This document shows positions 14,076 to 29,714 of a DNA stretch of 64,000 nucleotides, one piece after another. The stretch's first letter is position 1; each line of letters starts with the position of its first letter. A model generated the notes under the pieces. It saw only the letters and a list, made by a program, of their open reading frames with translations, was not told where the DNA came from and did not search any database. A program made the position numbers and the translations under genes. The DNA is from Octopus sinensis (taxonomy: Eukaryota), in assembly GCF_006345805.1 (NCBI RefSeq), contig NC_043015.1, forward strand, positions 3,472,001-3,536,000. The letters run 5' to 3'.

Positions 14076-14139
14076 ACACACACGCATATATAAATACATA
14101 TATATGTACATACATACATATACATATACATAAATATAT

Positions 14140-14213
<74 letters not shown>

Positions 14214-14712
14214 ACGTAACCTACATATATGAAGCTGCACGTGGGACTACGACACTATGCCTTACGTAAACTAACGACAATAGAACTATCTCTATTAAAT
14301 TGACGTAGATAGCGTTAACAATGGCAGACCTATACGAGTATAACGGCGTAGCCTGTAAATATAGATAACAAAGACATCACAGTCTGCTAGGGTGTGAAGC
14401 AAAAAGGAAAAAGTTAAACGCAACGAAATATTGATAATTGTCTGAAAATATAGATAACTTGAAAAGCATCGTTTAGTATTCATAACGAGATAAATTTTTT
14501 CTCTATGCTTACACACTATATATACAATTGAGTAGATTACTGATATGATTATCATATACGCGATTGCTTCCGTTACAGTTTTTTAGGTTTCATTTGTTAG
14601 TTTGCTTTTTTTATTCAAATATATTGGTTTCTGTTTCATAATAATTCTGCCATTATTATTCATGTGCGTCATAAGTTATATATTACCGTTTGAGAATTAT
14701 TCTGCTTTCAAG

Positions 14713-14766
14713 GAGAATATTTTGCTGATGATGTTCAGCCAGAAGAAATCGACGTAGAATATTTAT
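14713..14766 (+). CDS. Candidate 54-nt symmetric phase-1 exon ((G)EYFADDVQPEEIDVEYL)
   Basis: tattctgctttcaAG acceptor, TAT|GTAAGC donor, length divisible by 3, exactly one open frame, protein-like composition. Product not recognised. Confidence 0.5.
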
Positions 14767-15367
14767 GTAAGCAAATAAGCATACGGTGTCTGCTCATAAG
14801 CATATGTCATCATCAATAGTCACCATTTACAAAAATGGCAACTAATATGCGATTGATGTGTTTCTTCCATTCTATCACACCATTATGTAACCATGCAATA
14901 TACAAACGGCACCGTGACACAGCACAACGCCACGCTCAAATCTATATTGGCTCCAGGAACAGAGATATTAATCTAGCCATCTCCTGAGGCCAGGCTGATG
15001 TGTATCAGCTAAAAAGTGGGAAAAATCTGCTTTTCGTGTCAATAAATCACTACACGGCCACATACATTGTGAGCAGAAATGGCAGCGATAAAGCCCTTTC
15101 AGTCGTTCCCTAATCTCGAATTTACTATCATAGTTGATCTGTCACGGATTGAGCAAATATTTAACGATTCTAAATCAATATTTCTTTAGAGCGAGGAAAT
15201 ATTTCAGCCATTAAAAGCTGACGATATACCTAAACGGTAGTCTACAATGAAGTAAAAACCTCATTTTTGAGACGGTGGAGCTACTTCAAATAGTGATATC
15301 ATGAATCCCATCTAAACAAGAGACCTTTGGTGGAAGCAGTAGATTACCCGTTTTTTTTCGTGTATTG

Positions 15368-15490
15368 TTCTCTCTCTCTCACTCACTCATACCTCTCTCT
15401 CTCTCTCTTTCTCTCTCGCTCTCACTCCCTCCTACCCCTATCTCTCTCTCTTTCTCTCTCGCTCTCACTCCCTCCTAGCTCTCTCTCTTG
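15368..15490 (+). repeat. (CT)n-rich tract with internal duplication
   Basis: Directly visible; ctctctcgctctcactccctccta occurs twice. Confidence 0.9.
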
Positions 15491-16651
15491 TCGTTTGCTA
15501 TAATAATGTGCTATGCTAAATGTGTGGTTGGAAGATTTCTAATACTATAGCACTGGTACACCATCTTACTGGTTTCTATTGGTATGCAACCTGTGTGCCT
15601 CTTGCCGTTAGTTAATCACATCAACCATTCTGAAAAGTCTTGCTATCCCTAACACATGACATTTCTGCTTTTCGTCACCTTAAATATTATATACTTTATC
15701 AGTCCCACTAGTCTCTGAAGGACAGCAAGGGATAAGGGCTCTGAATTTACCTCCGGACGAAACCATTGGGAAAAATGTACAATGTTTAACACAGTTTTAA
15801 TCCATGGATAACAATTGTTATTTTGTATATGATTGCGCCTGCAAAGTATGAAAACTTCCTAATATATACTTCAAAATTCGCTTTTATAATATTTTATTAC
15901 TGCCTCTCAACAGCTGAAGTGTTTAAGGTCAACCAACGGAGAACTAAATGGTTAATATTAAGCAGAATATTTGCTATAACGTTATTTCCTCAGCAACCTA
16001 GCACCGATTTTTACTAAAATGTAATGGAAAATAGATTAAATTCAAAACATTAATGTCTAGGCCACAAACGCAAAGTTTAAAAGGAATAGTAATTTTTTAT
16101 GGGTTCTAGATAGTAGAAAAGAGGAGAAAACTTTTACTGATCAAAGACAAAATTATTTTTTTTAAATGTTATACAGTGTAATAACGGTGTAAAAACATAC
16201 ACCTGGTACATGTATTTACAACTCAGTAAACAATATAATAAATATGGTAGGAAAACTGTTCCACAGAAAATTCACATCTATATTAAGAAAGAAATGACAT
16301 AGACATTTATCTTCAAAACAACGAAAGTTTATATGATTAGAATGCAACGCTTTATCATAGACGAGCCTTTAAGTCGGAAATGTCTAGTTCACCTCGAAAT
16401 CATCTATATTAGGAACTGACATTCTCCTATATAAACTTTATTAATATAAACTTCGACGTATAAAATGACGCCTGATCACAGAACTATTCGGACCCCATCG
16501 CGTTTATAACTAACAATCAAATTAGAAACATTGGCATTACATTTTCCTCTGAAATACGTAACAACCTTTGAAGGAGTTTTGCAAACAATTTTCAACGTTT
16601 CTGTCAGAGGATTTATGAGAGCTTATTGCTTATTCATATATGACTGAACAC

Positions 16652-16687
16652 CAGCAGTAGCAGCAGCAGCAGCAGTAGAAGTAGCAG

Positions 16688-16774
<87 letters not shown>

Positions 16775-16776
16775 AT
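16652..16776 (+). repeat. (CAG)n grading into (TAG)n microsatellite
   Basis: Directly visible. Confidence 0.95.
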
Positions 16777-19700
16777 ATTGTGATAGTATTGTTGTTGCTG
16801 TAGGAAATTTAAATGGGAATTTTTAACGAATGTTCAAAAGAAAATAGTCCACACACTTATATACGGGTTAAGTCGCAAATATGTTATTTGAGCACAAGCT
16901 TGAAAGTATCAAACACCATCACACAGTTTAAGAATTTATCAATTTCTTAATGTAATATCGTTCAATTTGGTTCAATGCACTATATATTTCTTCATATATG
17001 ACAATGAGTAGGCTATTAATTAACTAATTGATTAATTACCAATCTTAGTTTGATTTGAAGGAGGCAATGTATACGTTAAATCATGCATTTTTAATAACCA
17101 ATATTACAAATGTGAATTGAATCCGCTTGTACCTGATAATGTAATAGCGATATTTAATTGACTTGCGAAGTGGAGAAATTATATAAAGCAGGTATGTAGC
17201 ACGGGCTGAGATGTCATTCACTGTTTCTATGTTGTTGTTCTTGTTGTTGACTAGACTGTGATTAGTACTGATTGGTTATTGCTATTAAAAGCGAATCCAT
17301 CCGTACCTTGCTAGTTATATTACTTTCTGTTAATTATGACCAGTGTATATTCCACTACGTAATTTAGCGCATCATAAAATTCCAGGACGATATAACTCTA
17401 ATTTGCTGCAAGCTACTGAAACATATAAATACGACATTCTTCACTGTGCAGGTGTGCAGCATTTATCAATCTTAATTTCATATAGATAAATTCATTTGAT
17501 GTAGTTTCAATGGCTCAAGCGACATGGAAAATATCGTCATTTATATATTTCAGGATTATTTTCAGAAGCTGAACAGAATCTTGGTGTCAGCATTCAGATT
17601 ATTGTCTGGTGAATTAAATACCACTATAGTGAGTACTTTCTGCTGAATGAAAGGAAAAGTATGTTTTCATTAAATCTATCTTTATGGGTAAAAAAGATTC
17701 AATGAGAAAGCGCTCGCTAGTAACGTTATTCAGAATAGTATTTAAACTTTGTGCGATATGTGTTTGGAATCTATATTTAGTGGGTGGCTTATGATTGTGA
17801 AAGTCTAAAAATCGGAAAATTCGATATCTATATAGAAAATGTTGTTCAAATAGGCAATGATTTCTATGATTATTACTGCTTATAACTTGAGTGATCACAA
17901 AAGAATGTATTATGGAACTAGTAACCCAATAACAGTGTACAAGTCATACATATAAAAATGTCCGAAGAGATGGGTAACTTTGCTCATTCCCAACACACTA
18001 CCTTCTGATTATGATGCCATTGTTATCATATTGAAAGAGTCGTGGTGTATTGTAATTTTTGTAATGAACCATGTGTTTCAATTTCAGTAAATTAAGCAAG
18101 AATTATTACTAATTAAAATCGTATTTCACAATCCTACGTGGTGCAAACGTTTGCCTCTAAACAAATTACGGTAAGTAATATACGTTTGTTCAACTGGCAT
18201 TGAATATAAAATGCTTTACTTGGTATGATAACATGTACAGAATCTTCAGTATCGTATTGTAGTACGTAATTGCACAATCTTTCATTTCCTTTTTTGCAAC
18301 GCAGTAAAGAAAACCACAAAAAAAATATGTGCTGGCCAGTTTTTGTTTATTGATTTTCTTATAAAAATCAAGCAGAGCGTGACTTAAAATTGTCTGCAAG
18401 GTATTGTCGTATTTATTGCCTTCAGTTTCAGTTGAACCTAAACATAGAGGCGAATGATTGATATAACAAATCAATAGAGAGTACATAAAAGCTAGCCAGA
18501 GGACAAGACCATAATGCGTAACAGAGATAGATGGGAAGAATTACTGCCCAAATCGAGCATCTTATTTGTATCAATATTATATGTATCAATATTGGAATTT
18601 CAAACCATAGTAGACCAAAGTACTAAACCGATAAGTAAGAGTGCGTCGGAGCGGCAGAATGAGTTCTGTGCATATCTGTATATTTAGCATCTTTTATGAT
18701 TTCCTGTTTCACTGTAGCATTGCAAACGCTATTTCGGGTAACAAAAACATGCATACTAACAACAGTCATATATAAGTCTAATACAATAAAGTACAAAATG
18801 TTGTTATTGCTACGTTAAATATATGAGTTGTATATTTATTATATCTATATAGCTATATATCATACATTCGTAATTCATTTCCAAAAATAAATCTCCCTGG
18901 CCTGTAGAGCAATGCACTTTCCAAATAGACAGCTTCTCTTTCAATTGTATATTTTTTTTTAATTCTAGACAATAAAAACTTGCTCCTTGAATTTTTGAAA
19001 AGTCTTAGTGAAGGAGATATTCAAATATTAATACAACCACATATAGAACAAATAAGAATTAATAGAATTAATTTTTAGAAATGTGTTTAGGAAACTAATT
19101 TAGTCATATCTACAAAGTTCAGCTGAACAAAGTCCAAAGATATGAAAGTGTAAATACAAAGACAAAAATAATATTCGAATGTATTTTAAAGAATGTACTT
19201 AATGAATCTTGATAAGAAAGTAATATTACATTTGAAAACATATGCTAAATGCATAAAATATATGTTTCAGTTGTTGAGAATAGGTAGGTAATTTCTAAGG
19301 CGGGGATACGTCGTTGACCTTAATTACAGTGTTCTACTGGTATTTCATCGAGCCCAAATGAATTAATGGCAAATTCGATCTTGGTCGTCGTAAAGAGTCA
19401 GAGTAAATGCAGCCATGCAATTTATCCGACTCTCAAACGATTCTTCTTGCTCGGCTCTTTGGAATTGTGCAAAGATTAAATATGCAACAATAACCATTGT
19501 TACAGAGTTTGTGAATATCATGTGAACAGGGTTGAGAATATTAAGCAGCTATTGCTTTAAGAATTCCTTGAAATTTCAGAAAACAATTTAGTTATGGGTA
19601 TTAAAACTAGGTTTGTAACACAATATGAAAATATATAAATGTATCTACTACGAGGTGCATTTTCCAATATGTTGAAATTAGATCAAGATGTTTCAGGTAA

Positions 19701-20574
19701 AATCGCCGACGCGATTAAGATAGTGTGTACGAATTTCAAACGTGAAGCCAACGGTGCTATTTTCGATATTCATACGTGAAATGAATACATTGAAATAAAA
19801 AAGCGTGTGAATGCTTTTTGCAAAGCAATGCTTTACGAAAAGCAGCACAATTAACGCCAAACACAAGTCTTTTTTTTAAAGACAGAATTAAAACGTAAAC
19901 ACTAACATAATTATTGCTAAGAATATTTAATCATTTTCACAGAACCATGAGTGTTATTCGTGTATTTAACAAAAGAAAGCAAACAAAATTATACTTTATA
20001 AAATTATAAATTCATATCAACACTTACAGTTCAGCGGTAGGTATGACATCAATTTTCGTTTAGTAATTATACAATTTATTAAACATTAACATATGAAACG
20101 TTGGTTAACCTATCACTGAAAACACATATAAAATCAGGCCTTCATTTCAATGAAATACGATTTAGTTATTGGCCTACATTTGTGTCTGTTATGTATCAGC
20201 TAATATTTATGGGTGTATCTTGTATGTTGGATGTATCACCATTATACACAGAATGTTATTTATCAATTTATTTATGGAGTAGGTAGCAGAAAGACGGCTG
20301 CGAGCGGTTTTCTGCAAGACACTCGATAGTATTTCCAAATGTGAATCCTAATTCTAATAATTCGTATGGTATTTTATGTAAAATTAATTTTTGTATAATA
20401 ATGTTCACTTGCAAAGTAGATATTACTTTCATTATTTTATCATTTATAATTTCTCTTTTTTAATGGGTCAATCTCTTATATATATATATATATATGTATC
20501 ATTAATAATTGGTAGAATGTACATAGATAAGCATAGCTAGCTAGCTAGATATTTAGATAGATAGAAAGTTGGGT

Positions 20575-20618
20575 GGATGGATGGATGGATGGATGGATGG
20601 TTGGATGGATGGATGGAT
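20575..20618 (+). repeat. (GGAT)n microsatellite
   Basis: Directly visible. Confidence 0.92.
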
Positions 20619-23600
20619 ACACGCACAAAAGTGTAGTGCTGTGAGAACTCTTGGGAATCGCATTTCTTTAGTTTTTTAAATATACCCAAATTTCGTATAA
20701 TGTAATATAATGATATCCTTCCATTTGGCATGTGTTGAAATATTCTAATATATTTTAGTTTACGTATGATTTAAGTGTAAATTCTATGTACTTAATCTTG
20801 ATAAAAATAATTTTTGCTTTAAAGTTAATATCTCTTTGTTGTCACAAGTGTCATGGAAACAGTCATCATACTGTTTCCATTTCTCTCAGCTAATATGTTT
20901 ACATTAGCCTTATTTCGAAATCTTGACAATGCAACATACAGCTAACGATGAGTCAGAAGATATATTCCAGTTTGTTCAAAAGTGTGTCCCTGTCACTTGT
21001 GGAACGTCAAAGCAAAGTTTGGCTTGACGGGAAATAGTTTGCAACGAATATTTAAATTTATCAAGAATTGGACGCAGTGAATGCAATGAACTTAAAAATT
21101 TGCGAGACTTGGCGTTAAAAAAAATCAATAAACTTTAGAAATCGAAATTGTAGGAAATTTCTTAGAACATGAAATCATAAAAGATTTCCAGACTCTCAGC
21201 ATTTTAATTTTTCTTTTTGTTTAGTATTTTTAGTAAATGTTACGTGGCTATGTAATATGCGACCTTCTCCATTATAATATTGGTAATAACTTTTTTTAAC
21301 ATTTCTGAAAACCATTGTAATTTTATTGTATCAATTAGAATTATTCTCGGTCAATACGTCGCAAATGTTCGCATTTGAAGAATCAATATAATATGTAAGT
21401 TGTCACACATCAGGAATGAATTCATGAGTAGACAAGATATGTGTGGGATCTTGGTAAATATAATTACATAATATGTAAATATCTTCTTATGTCTGTGATA
21501 CCTCGATGGACAGTGGTTTCCCATATCTCTAATACCCTGATAAACTACACATAACATCTTCATTCAGGCGTATATGTCACCGTGGGCATTGATGATGACA
21601 ACGATCCAACCATATTTGATATACATATAATTAATACACACAGGATATAAATAGGATTTTGATTGGTAAAATAACCTGAATACGTATACCATTTTTGTGG
21701 TTGTTAGAACAGTTTAGGAATTTGAATACCCTCGTGCTTATTAGCAACAAAGAATACATAAAGACTACTTTATCTCCAAAGAAGTGATTAGCTTAAATAC
21801 CATTTTCAGATTCAGAGTAGATTATGTTCAGATATTACATCTAGAAAACTAAACCATTTAAGCGCTTCTTTTATAGGAATTCGTGAAGCACGTTAAGCGG
21901 GAATGTTATTATAGTCTAAATCAAATAACTGACAGTTCCCTAGAAATACATAATCAGTTTTCTCTAGATTAATTTAACTCACTCGACAATTATCTTTGGA
22001 ATACTATCGCAAAATATTACAATGAACCTACAGTAAAATTAATTCAGGAAAGTTAAGGCATTTGTACTTACGACACATAAATAAATTCAGCGTAAATTCT
22101 ATTACGTTTTTCGTGAAATAATAGTAGATATCAAAAATAAGACTATATCATTGGCAAAACTGAACTTATACAAATATTTAATTATTCAAAATATGATCCC
22201 AGAACAGCTATGGATTTCTCCCATCGATTAACAAGATCATTTATACCCCTTGGATAAAAAGTTTAATGTCAAGAACTCCTTGAATTCAATTTATACCTCG
22301 GTTTTGGAAAGTATGGTTTATCGCCTTAAAAGGTGTCTAGATGATTGAAACAGCGGTAATTCGTTGGTGAAATATCAAGAGTATATGGAGAAAGTGGTTA
22401 ACTCTCTTATCCGAAGTTTGTGAGCATCTGCAGTATCGTCGTTGAAACGTGCATTCAAGTGTTATCGCTGTAAAGAATTGGACCACGTCGATTAAAACAT
22501 GCAGATATAGTTTTTCGCAAGTCAACGTTCATTACTTACAACAAATGTCCGATGTATTATTTTGGTTATGTTCCAGAAAGCTCTATTGAATTCAAATGCT
22601 GATCGTCAAGTGTGGATGGACATACTATACCTTCTTGATCTTCGATGTTCTTATCCCCACTACATACCGGGGTGATTACCATTTGAAACCTATGATTTGT
22701 CGTCAATTTAGTCTTTTGGAACAGATTTATACGAAAGGGAAAATGTAAAACTATAGATAATTTAAAACATTTCCTAAATTTTGAAGCACAGTTTTCTATG
22801 TGTTATATCCTGTCATCCGTCGATCGTATGTAATCTTCTAAAATAAATATTTCCGCCCACTGAATAAATATTATATGGTAGTGCACATATTTGTCGAACG
22901 ATATAGAATGTCTCCTAGAAATATATGAAGTCGTACAGTGGACAAAAGCGAAATATTTAACTTACGGAATTTGATTATCATAACTCCGCATTTGAACGAA
23001 ACTTTCAAATAATACACAAGTCAGAAGAATATTCGAAAACGGTAATATATATTTTGGTGGAGATGTGTGTGTATTGATATATGTATGTAAGTGTGTATGG
23101 ATGAACTCTCGGTTATATGTATATACATATACACATGTGTAATTCTTGTTCTGTTGATAGATTGGTAACGTCGATCATTTACACCATAACAGCTATCGTT
23201 CTTGTATGCAAGCTAAAAAAGTAACACGTATCTAGAATCGATACAATGTATTATGAATGACCTTATACACGTAAATATAAGATACGAAAATTGCATAGAA
23301 TGGTTACCATAGCATTTAAAAGTGAGGATACGATTAATTAATTATTTCGAGACGTCACGAAATTTCCTTAAGTTCTGCAGAAATAATGCAGATCTACAAG
23401 TGTAATATGCACAAATATGTTGTATATGCCGATCAAGGGATTCTAATGGAAAATGATACACATTTCTGGAGCCCCTAAAAAGTCACACACTTCAAAGTAG
23501 ATTGTAAAGACCATCATGTATAAATGGATGCATTACCCTTTGTTTTTGAGCCGAAAGCAAAATACGGCTGTCTTTGCTACATTAAAATTAAACACGAAAT

Positions 23601-25652
23601 ACACTGACACACATACGCCACATACGCGCCGCGTGTGCACAACCAACCAGGCATCTGAACACACGCACACACACAATAACGCAACCAAACTCTCGCATTA
23701 TATATGTGTAAATGTGCAAAAATAAAAGTAAAAATGTACCGTAGTTGTACCTTTCGATTTTCACAAATGCTCGAAAAGAAAACACAGCGAAGCATCTCTA
23801 GCTGCTTTAGTAATGGTAACATTAACGTTTAGGTAACGGTACACTAGTACTCTTCTACTTTATCTGGTTATTTCCTTTATAATTGGTCTAAACCTATCTC
23901 TGCAAAATCTGTATTTATGTGATTACGTTAATAGACGAGAAATCCAATTGCATGTTACGGACATGCTATCATTTTGCTTTTCTGATATTCTCTTTGCACA
24001 TTCAACACTTCCTATGTATCTAACTGTTTTTGTTTTACTATTTTTTATCCTACAAGTAATATCTAATATATTTGCGTCCATGCTGTTGTTCAATGCCCCA
24101 ATTCCGTTGTTATTCCATAACATGTCGGTTGCGTAAACTAGCGTCATTGATAGGTATTACTAAAATATTTCTGTTTTAACATTACCCATATACACTACCC
24201 GGCGCTATTTTTGCATTTATCTAAATTCACTTTCTTGCTAAATGTATATTCGTTTTTTATAACATGGATTGTAATTCCATAGGCTCTACATGACATTACG
24301 GTATAAGCCCAGCAGATATATTTTGATATTTCTATATTGGCATTTTATTCAGTTACCTAATATCGTGGAAACAAACTTTTCTCTGTCTGAGTTGATATTA
24401 TTGTAACTACAACACAATATTTTCATTTTTTTCTTTAAACTTTGTATATTCCATCGGCGATATTCACTAAGTTTGCATTACGGATAAGTATATCAAATCA
24501 ATATATTTTGTTGCACTCAAAACAATATTTTTAAATTGTGGAAGTATCAATATTTCCAAGTTTGTATCCTAATTACGAGGCTGGACAGAACATTTCATGG
24601 GTTAACTATGCAGCGATAACGCTAGAGCCATGAAATATGCGTGCATTAACTTCATATCGCCCTTGTTTCCGTTCAGACTTAACAAGTTTCGACTTCTTTT
24701 TATAATGGACATCATTTGGTCACATCCTATGAACCTATGTACGTATGTCTATAAACACTTCAGCCGACCTATGTATATATGTCCATGTGTGTGTGTGTGA
24801 GTTCGTGCATATGTTTGTATGCACTGAAAGGAGGTAAACTTTAAGCCTTAGCCATCTAGAAGAGTGAATACTGGAGATAAAATTGAATAGAACGCTTATA
24901 TAGATTTTTCTAAGTTCTATTCCAGATATAGTTCAAATAAAATTACTTCGAGGAAAATATTGGTGTTTAATATATTTAGAATCAAATTTAGTAAAACAGA
25001 TTATGTTGAAAGTCTTACAACAGAGACACTACAACGGACAGAGAATGTTTTCAAATGTTTTCACGCGTACATATAAGTGTGAATATCATTACATAACCTC
25101 ATAAAAATTACCATGATATTCCATCAAGAGGAATAAATGATAATTTAATTTAAACTACAAGTTCTCTGAAAAAACAGAATTGCAGGAAATAATTTCACTT
25201 AAACGACACGAAATAACCATATTGCTACGAGAATATGTTTCTGAATGGTTATTATTATTGTCTTTCTTCCGATAGATTTTATTTACCGTACTCTATACAA
25301 AGATATTTTAAGCACAACGCATCACAATTTTCTTTCTTTTCGTGTAATGATGTACAACTGAAACACTATCGAATTAATTACAAGAAGAATTTAATAATGC
25401 ATGTTAAGACAGTTCTAAAACTGGCTACATTTTCTCCAACATTTACTGGGTAGGGTTACTTGACTGGCACCCAAGACGCATAACTTCATAACATTTATTT
25501 TTCGTTTTCATTGGTATTATGGCAGGGCAATGTCATAGCTGTTATACAAGCATACAAACAGACGCATACACACACAAACTCAGACACATACACACATACG
25601 TGTAATTTTCACTTGTACCCTCTCTCACTTTGTATATATATATATATTATAT

Positions 25653-25701
<49 letters not shown>

Positions 25702-25969
25702 GAACTATCCGATGCTGGGAAATATGTAGTGAGTGATTAAATGATTAAAACACTGACTTCTGAAATGTATTCCCTCTCCTTTGGCACATCTTATTTAGGC
25801 GTTGCTATGCTGTCTAGGGTTGCTAGTCAGCACCAGAATTGCTATGGAAGAGATCTTAGCCACATTAGAGCACTTATCGAATGACTGACAAAGGAGTGAA
25901 GAACCCTACAGCAAGCGATGAATATGTATCTTTCTAAAAATATGTGTGTCTATGTGTATAGATAGATAA

Positions 25970-26030
<61 letters not shown>

Positions 26031-26053
26031 AGAGACATAATTAGAGAGAGAAA

Positions 26054-26055
26054 GG

Positions 26056-26105
<50 letters not shown>

Positions 26106-26118
26106 TATAGATAAATAA

Positions 26119-26209
<91 letters not shown>

Positions 26210-26222
26210 TAGATAGATAGAT
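26054..26222 (+). repeat. (ATAG)n microsatellite
   Basis: Directly visible; source of the YLSI-repeat ORFs. Confidence 0.97.
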
Positions 26223-28011
26223 ACTGAATGGTATATATCATGTAGACATAGTAGATAGAAAAACACCCCATCATTTCTGTGATACGAAACATTTGCAACG
26301 TAATTTATGCCGCTATGGAAAACAGTACGCCCGGAAGTAAACGAGTATCTTCACTGGTCTTACTTGATAGCCTCTTAAGATTTAATCGTGAGTTTAGTCT
26401 TCAGCATCCATTTTTATTTCTCTGTCACCATTGTTCTGATCAAAGTTTCTATATCCGTAAAACTGTACCCATCCCAGGTAGCCTGTCGGTTTACACAATG
26501 GACTCGTATAGTGCTTAATAATGACACTTCTTTCTCTTTAGAACCTATATTTTATCTGGAATGAAAATGATACAGCCGACATTAAGCCGACTTTATATAT
26601 ATAAAGTGATTTACTAAACATTTGGGCAATTAAAACGATAAGTGGTAGTGAATAAGTAACTTATACATGCTTGTATATTAACTTCGGCAGGAAGATTGTT
26701 TTCGCGTGGTTTACACTGTATTGCAGGTATTCTTTATCCTACAATGCCGTGTTATCTTTCTCGCTCTGCTTTTCATTCTCTAGAAACGTTCTATTCCAGT
26801 TTCCAAAAGTTAAATTATTCTTTCCATTAGAAAATCATTTTAAGTGATAAATTTTCGAAGATAATTGTTCTTTTATGTTAATTTGCCACACACACGGAAA
26901 CGTTCCGGCGTCTTAATGATCCTTAATTTTAATACGAAACATTCATTTTCATCAAAAGTTTTCATAACAGTTTTTCTTGCAACGCTGCTCTAGAAACACA
27001 ACGCAAACCAACAACAGTAGCAACAAAATTAGATTAATACGTATACATAAGGCAATTTATTGACAAGGGAATAATAGACGTTACGGTTTTATTTGAATTG
27101 TTTGAATGTCTGGAAATTAATATCTTAGCTAAATATATTAAGTTATATTGTATCTACAATTTCTATACCACAAATAAGTTTTTCGTATTTACCTTACGGA
27201 TAATTCTATGTTTTTTAATGCAGTATTGTCCTGTTGGAGCACAACCAATATGAAAATTATCTAGAGCCACAGAAACAGCGTATTTAGAAATATGACAGTT
27301 TCTTTCATATAAACTTGTAAGAACCTCAAATACCAACAAGTATTTCATATGATAGACATTACACAATACAATCTCTAACGGTTTAAGCGTAAATTAGAAA
27401 TCTCTGTCTTGTTATTCCCCAAACAAGCAATATGTATTATCATTTTACTCTATTTTCTGTCTTTAAATTTTGACAGATTCTCGTTCCTCTTCAAAACATT
27501 TATTTGATTCTAATTCCAGAAATTTGGCTTTCTATTTACTGTGATTATATAAATTGGGAATTTACATAACGATTCTTCAGCTTTTGATTTAAATTTGGCT
27601 CGTACATACATTCGATCCGATTGATTTACAAAGGTTTGTGATTAAAATGCGTTTAAAATGATGGAAAGTGACATCCTCTTCATAATTATTATTTTCATTT
27701 TCCCACGTTGGTAGCAGTATGGTGGTTATTTTGGCGTCCTTGTTGTTTTGGACGTCTATTAATAACATTTATGAAGCAATCTTGAACAATAGCCAGAATT
27801 ACTAATCGTTCTTTGGCAGATATATTTACCAAGCTACCAAGACTTCGAAAACAATTTCGTTGAACATGTTTCATGGTTTGCGAACTTCGTTTTACCCAAA
27901 TCATATAATAAATATTATAACGAGATACTATCTAAGTTTCTGTTGGATTTAGATTACAAACACTTCACCTGCATTAACAGAAACAATTACATCAGACTGA
28001 ACAGTTTAATA

Positions 28012-28181
<170 letters not shown>

Positions 28182-29408
28182 AAGGAATGGAGTAGTTAAA
28201 ATCCAGGCTACGTAAGCTACGTAAGATTCCTAGCTAGCAGAGCCGCGGAAGTACTAATTAATCAACGAGAGGTATCCCGCTAGTTACTCACCAGGTAAAA
28301 GATACAAGATGCCTTATTCAAATGAAGGTTATATTGTTCTGAATGGATCCCATGTTAACTCGCAGAATATTTGATCGATGCAAAAGCCAATCTGTATCTG
28401 GAACTTAAATTCATGTCATATTAGAAATTCAGAAACGTTTGTGTTAGCCGTACGGGATATTTTCATATAGATGCATGTTGCATAAAAACACTGTCATATT
28501 CTGAAGCAGAAGGGGATCTTCTATTACCTCTAAGCACTTTCAGACAGCTGGAAATCCCCTGTGGGAGAATTTAGTTCACTGCATGCCATATATATATGGT
28601 TGCCACGATATAAAGTATTTCAAAGCAATAAGATAGCAGAAACGTTAGCACGCCTGGAGAAATACTTAGAGGTCTGTCTTTAGATTATAAATTAAAAATC
28701 AGCAGTGGGTGACTGTGTCTTTCATCCATTCGGGTACGTTAGATAATATACCAGTAGCGTACTGGAGTTGATGTAATCGACTAGACCCAAACCCCAAAAT
28801 TTCAAGCCTTGAGCCTTGAGTAGAAAAGGATATATAGTATTTCAGTGACTTTTTAATTAATAACGTTCCAAAATCGCAGCAGGTTTATTTTTAAAAATGA
28901 GGCTATGTTTATTGGTGACGGAAGAGTATTATTGTCTAAAAGTAATCATTATATTCTTCGTAATGTTGGTGTCTTTCTAGAACGCCGAGTACCACTGTAG
29001 TTGCCTAGCGAGGCACTCTCCTAAAAAAAAACGCCTGTTTGTATTAAAAAAGGCAAATACAGTACCTTCTCTTAAAAGCGCCGGGAACACCAGCTCGAGG
29101 GATTTCAGCCTAATGATAATTTCCTCTCACTTTTTCTTTTTTTCTTTGTGTGATCCTAAATTTTCCTTCTGTATGCCTCACCCACCTCTCTCTTCTTTCC
29201 CCCTCTCATTTCTTCCTTTCTCACTCTCCCTCGGTTTCCTCTCATTCTCTCTGTTAATGTCTCTTGTTACATATAATTTGTTTTGACCTAATATTTTGTC
29301 TGTCCTTGCTATTTGCGTGACATGCAAGTCATTCATTATTTACATAATGAGGATATTGTAGTCCGTATATGTATTTGTATATATACACACATATATGTAT
29401 GTATATAC

Positions 29409-29511
<103 letters not shown>

Positions 29512-29714
29512 AATATATGTGTGTGTGTATGTATGTATATGTGTGTGTGTTTGTGTATATATGCACATCGGAGCATAGGCACAAAGCAGTGTTCATGTAT
29601 AAGAATAATTTACGTTAGTTGAAATATATTTGTCACATATTTCAATTGCTAAAGGCCAATACACTGCAATTAACGTGAAGTAAACATCTCTCTTATCGTA
29701 GAAATGCGTGAAAA

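Noticed and set aside
21490-21620. Cadherin-like words (DSGFPYL; VTVGIDDDNDPTIF)
   Set aside because: The motifs are in different frames separated by stops, spacing is wrong, and no neighbouring cadherin repeat is visible.
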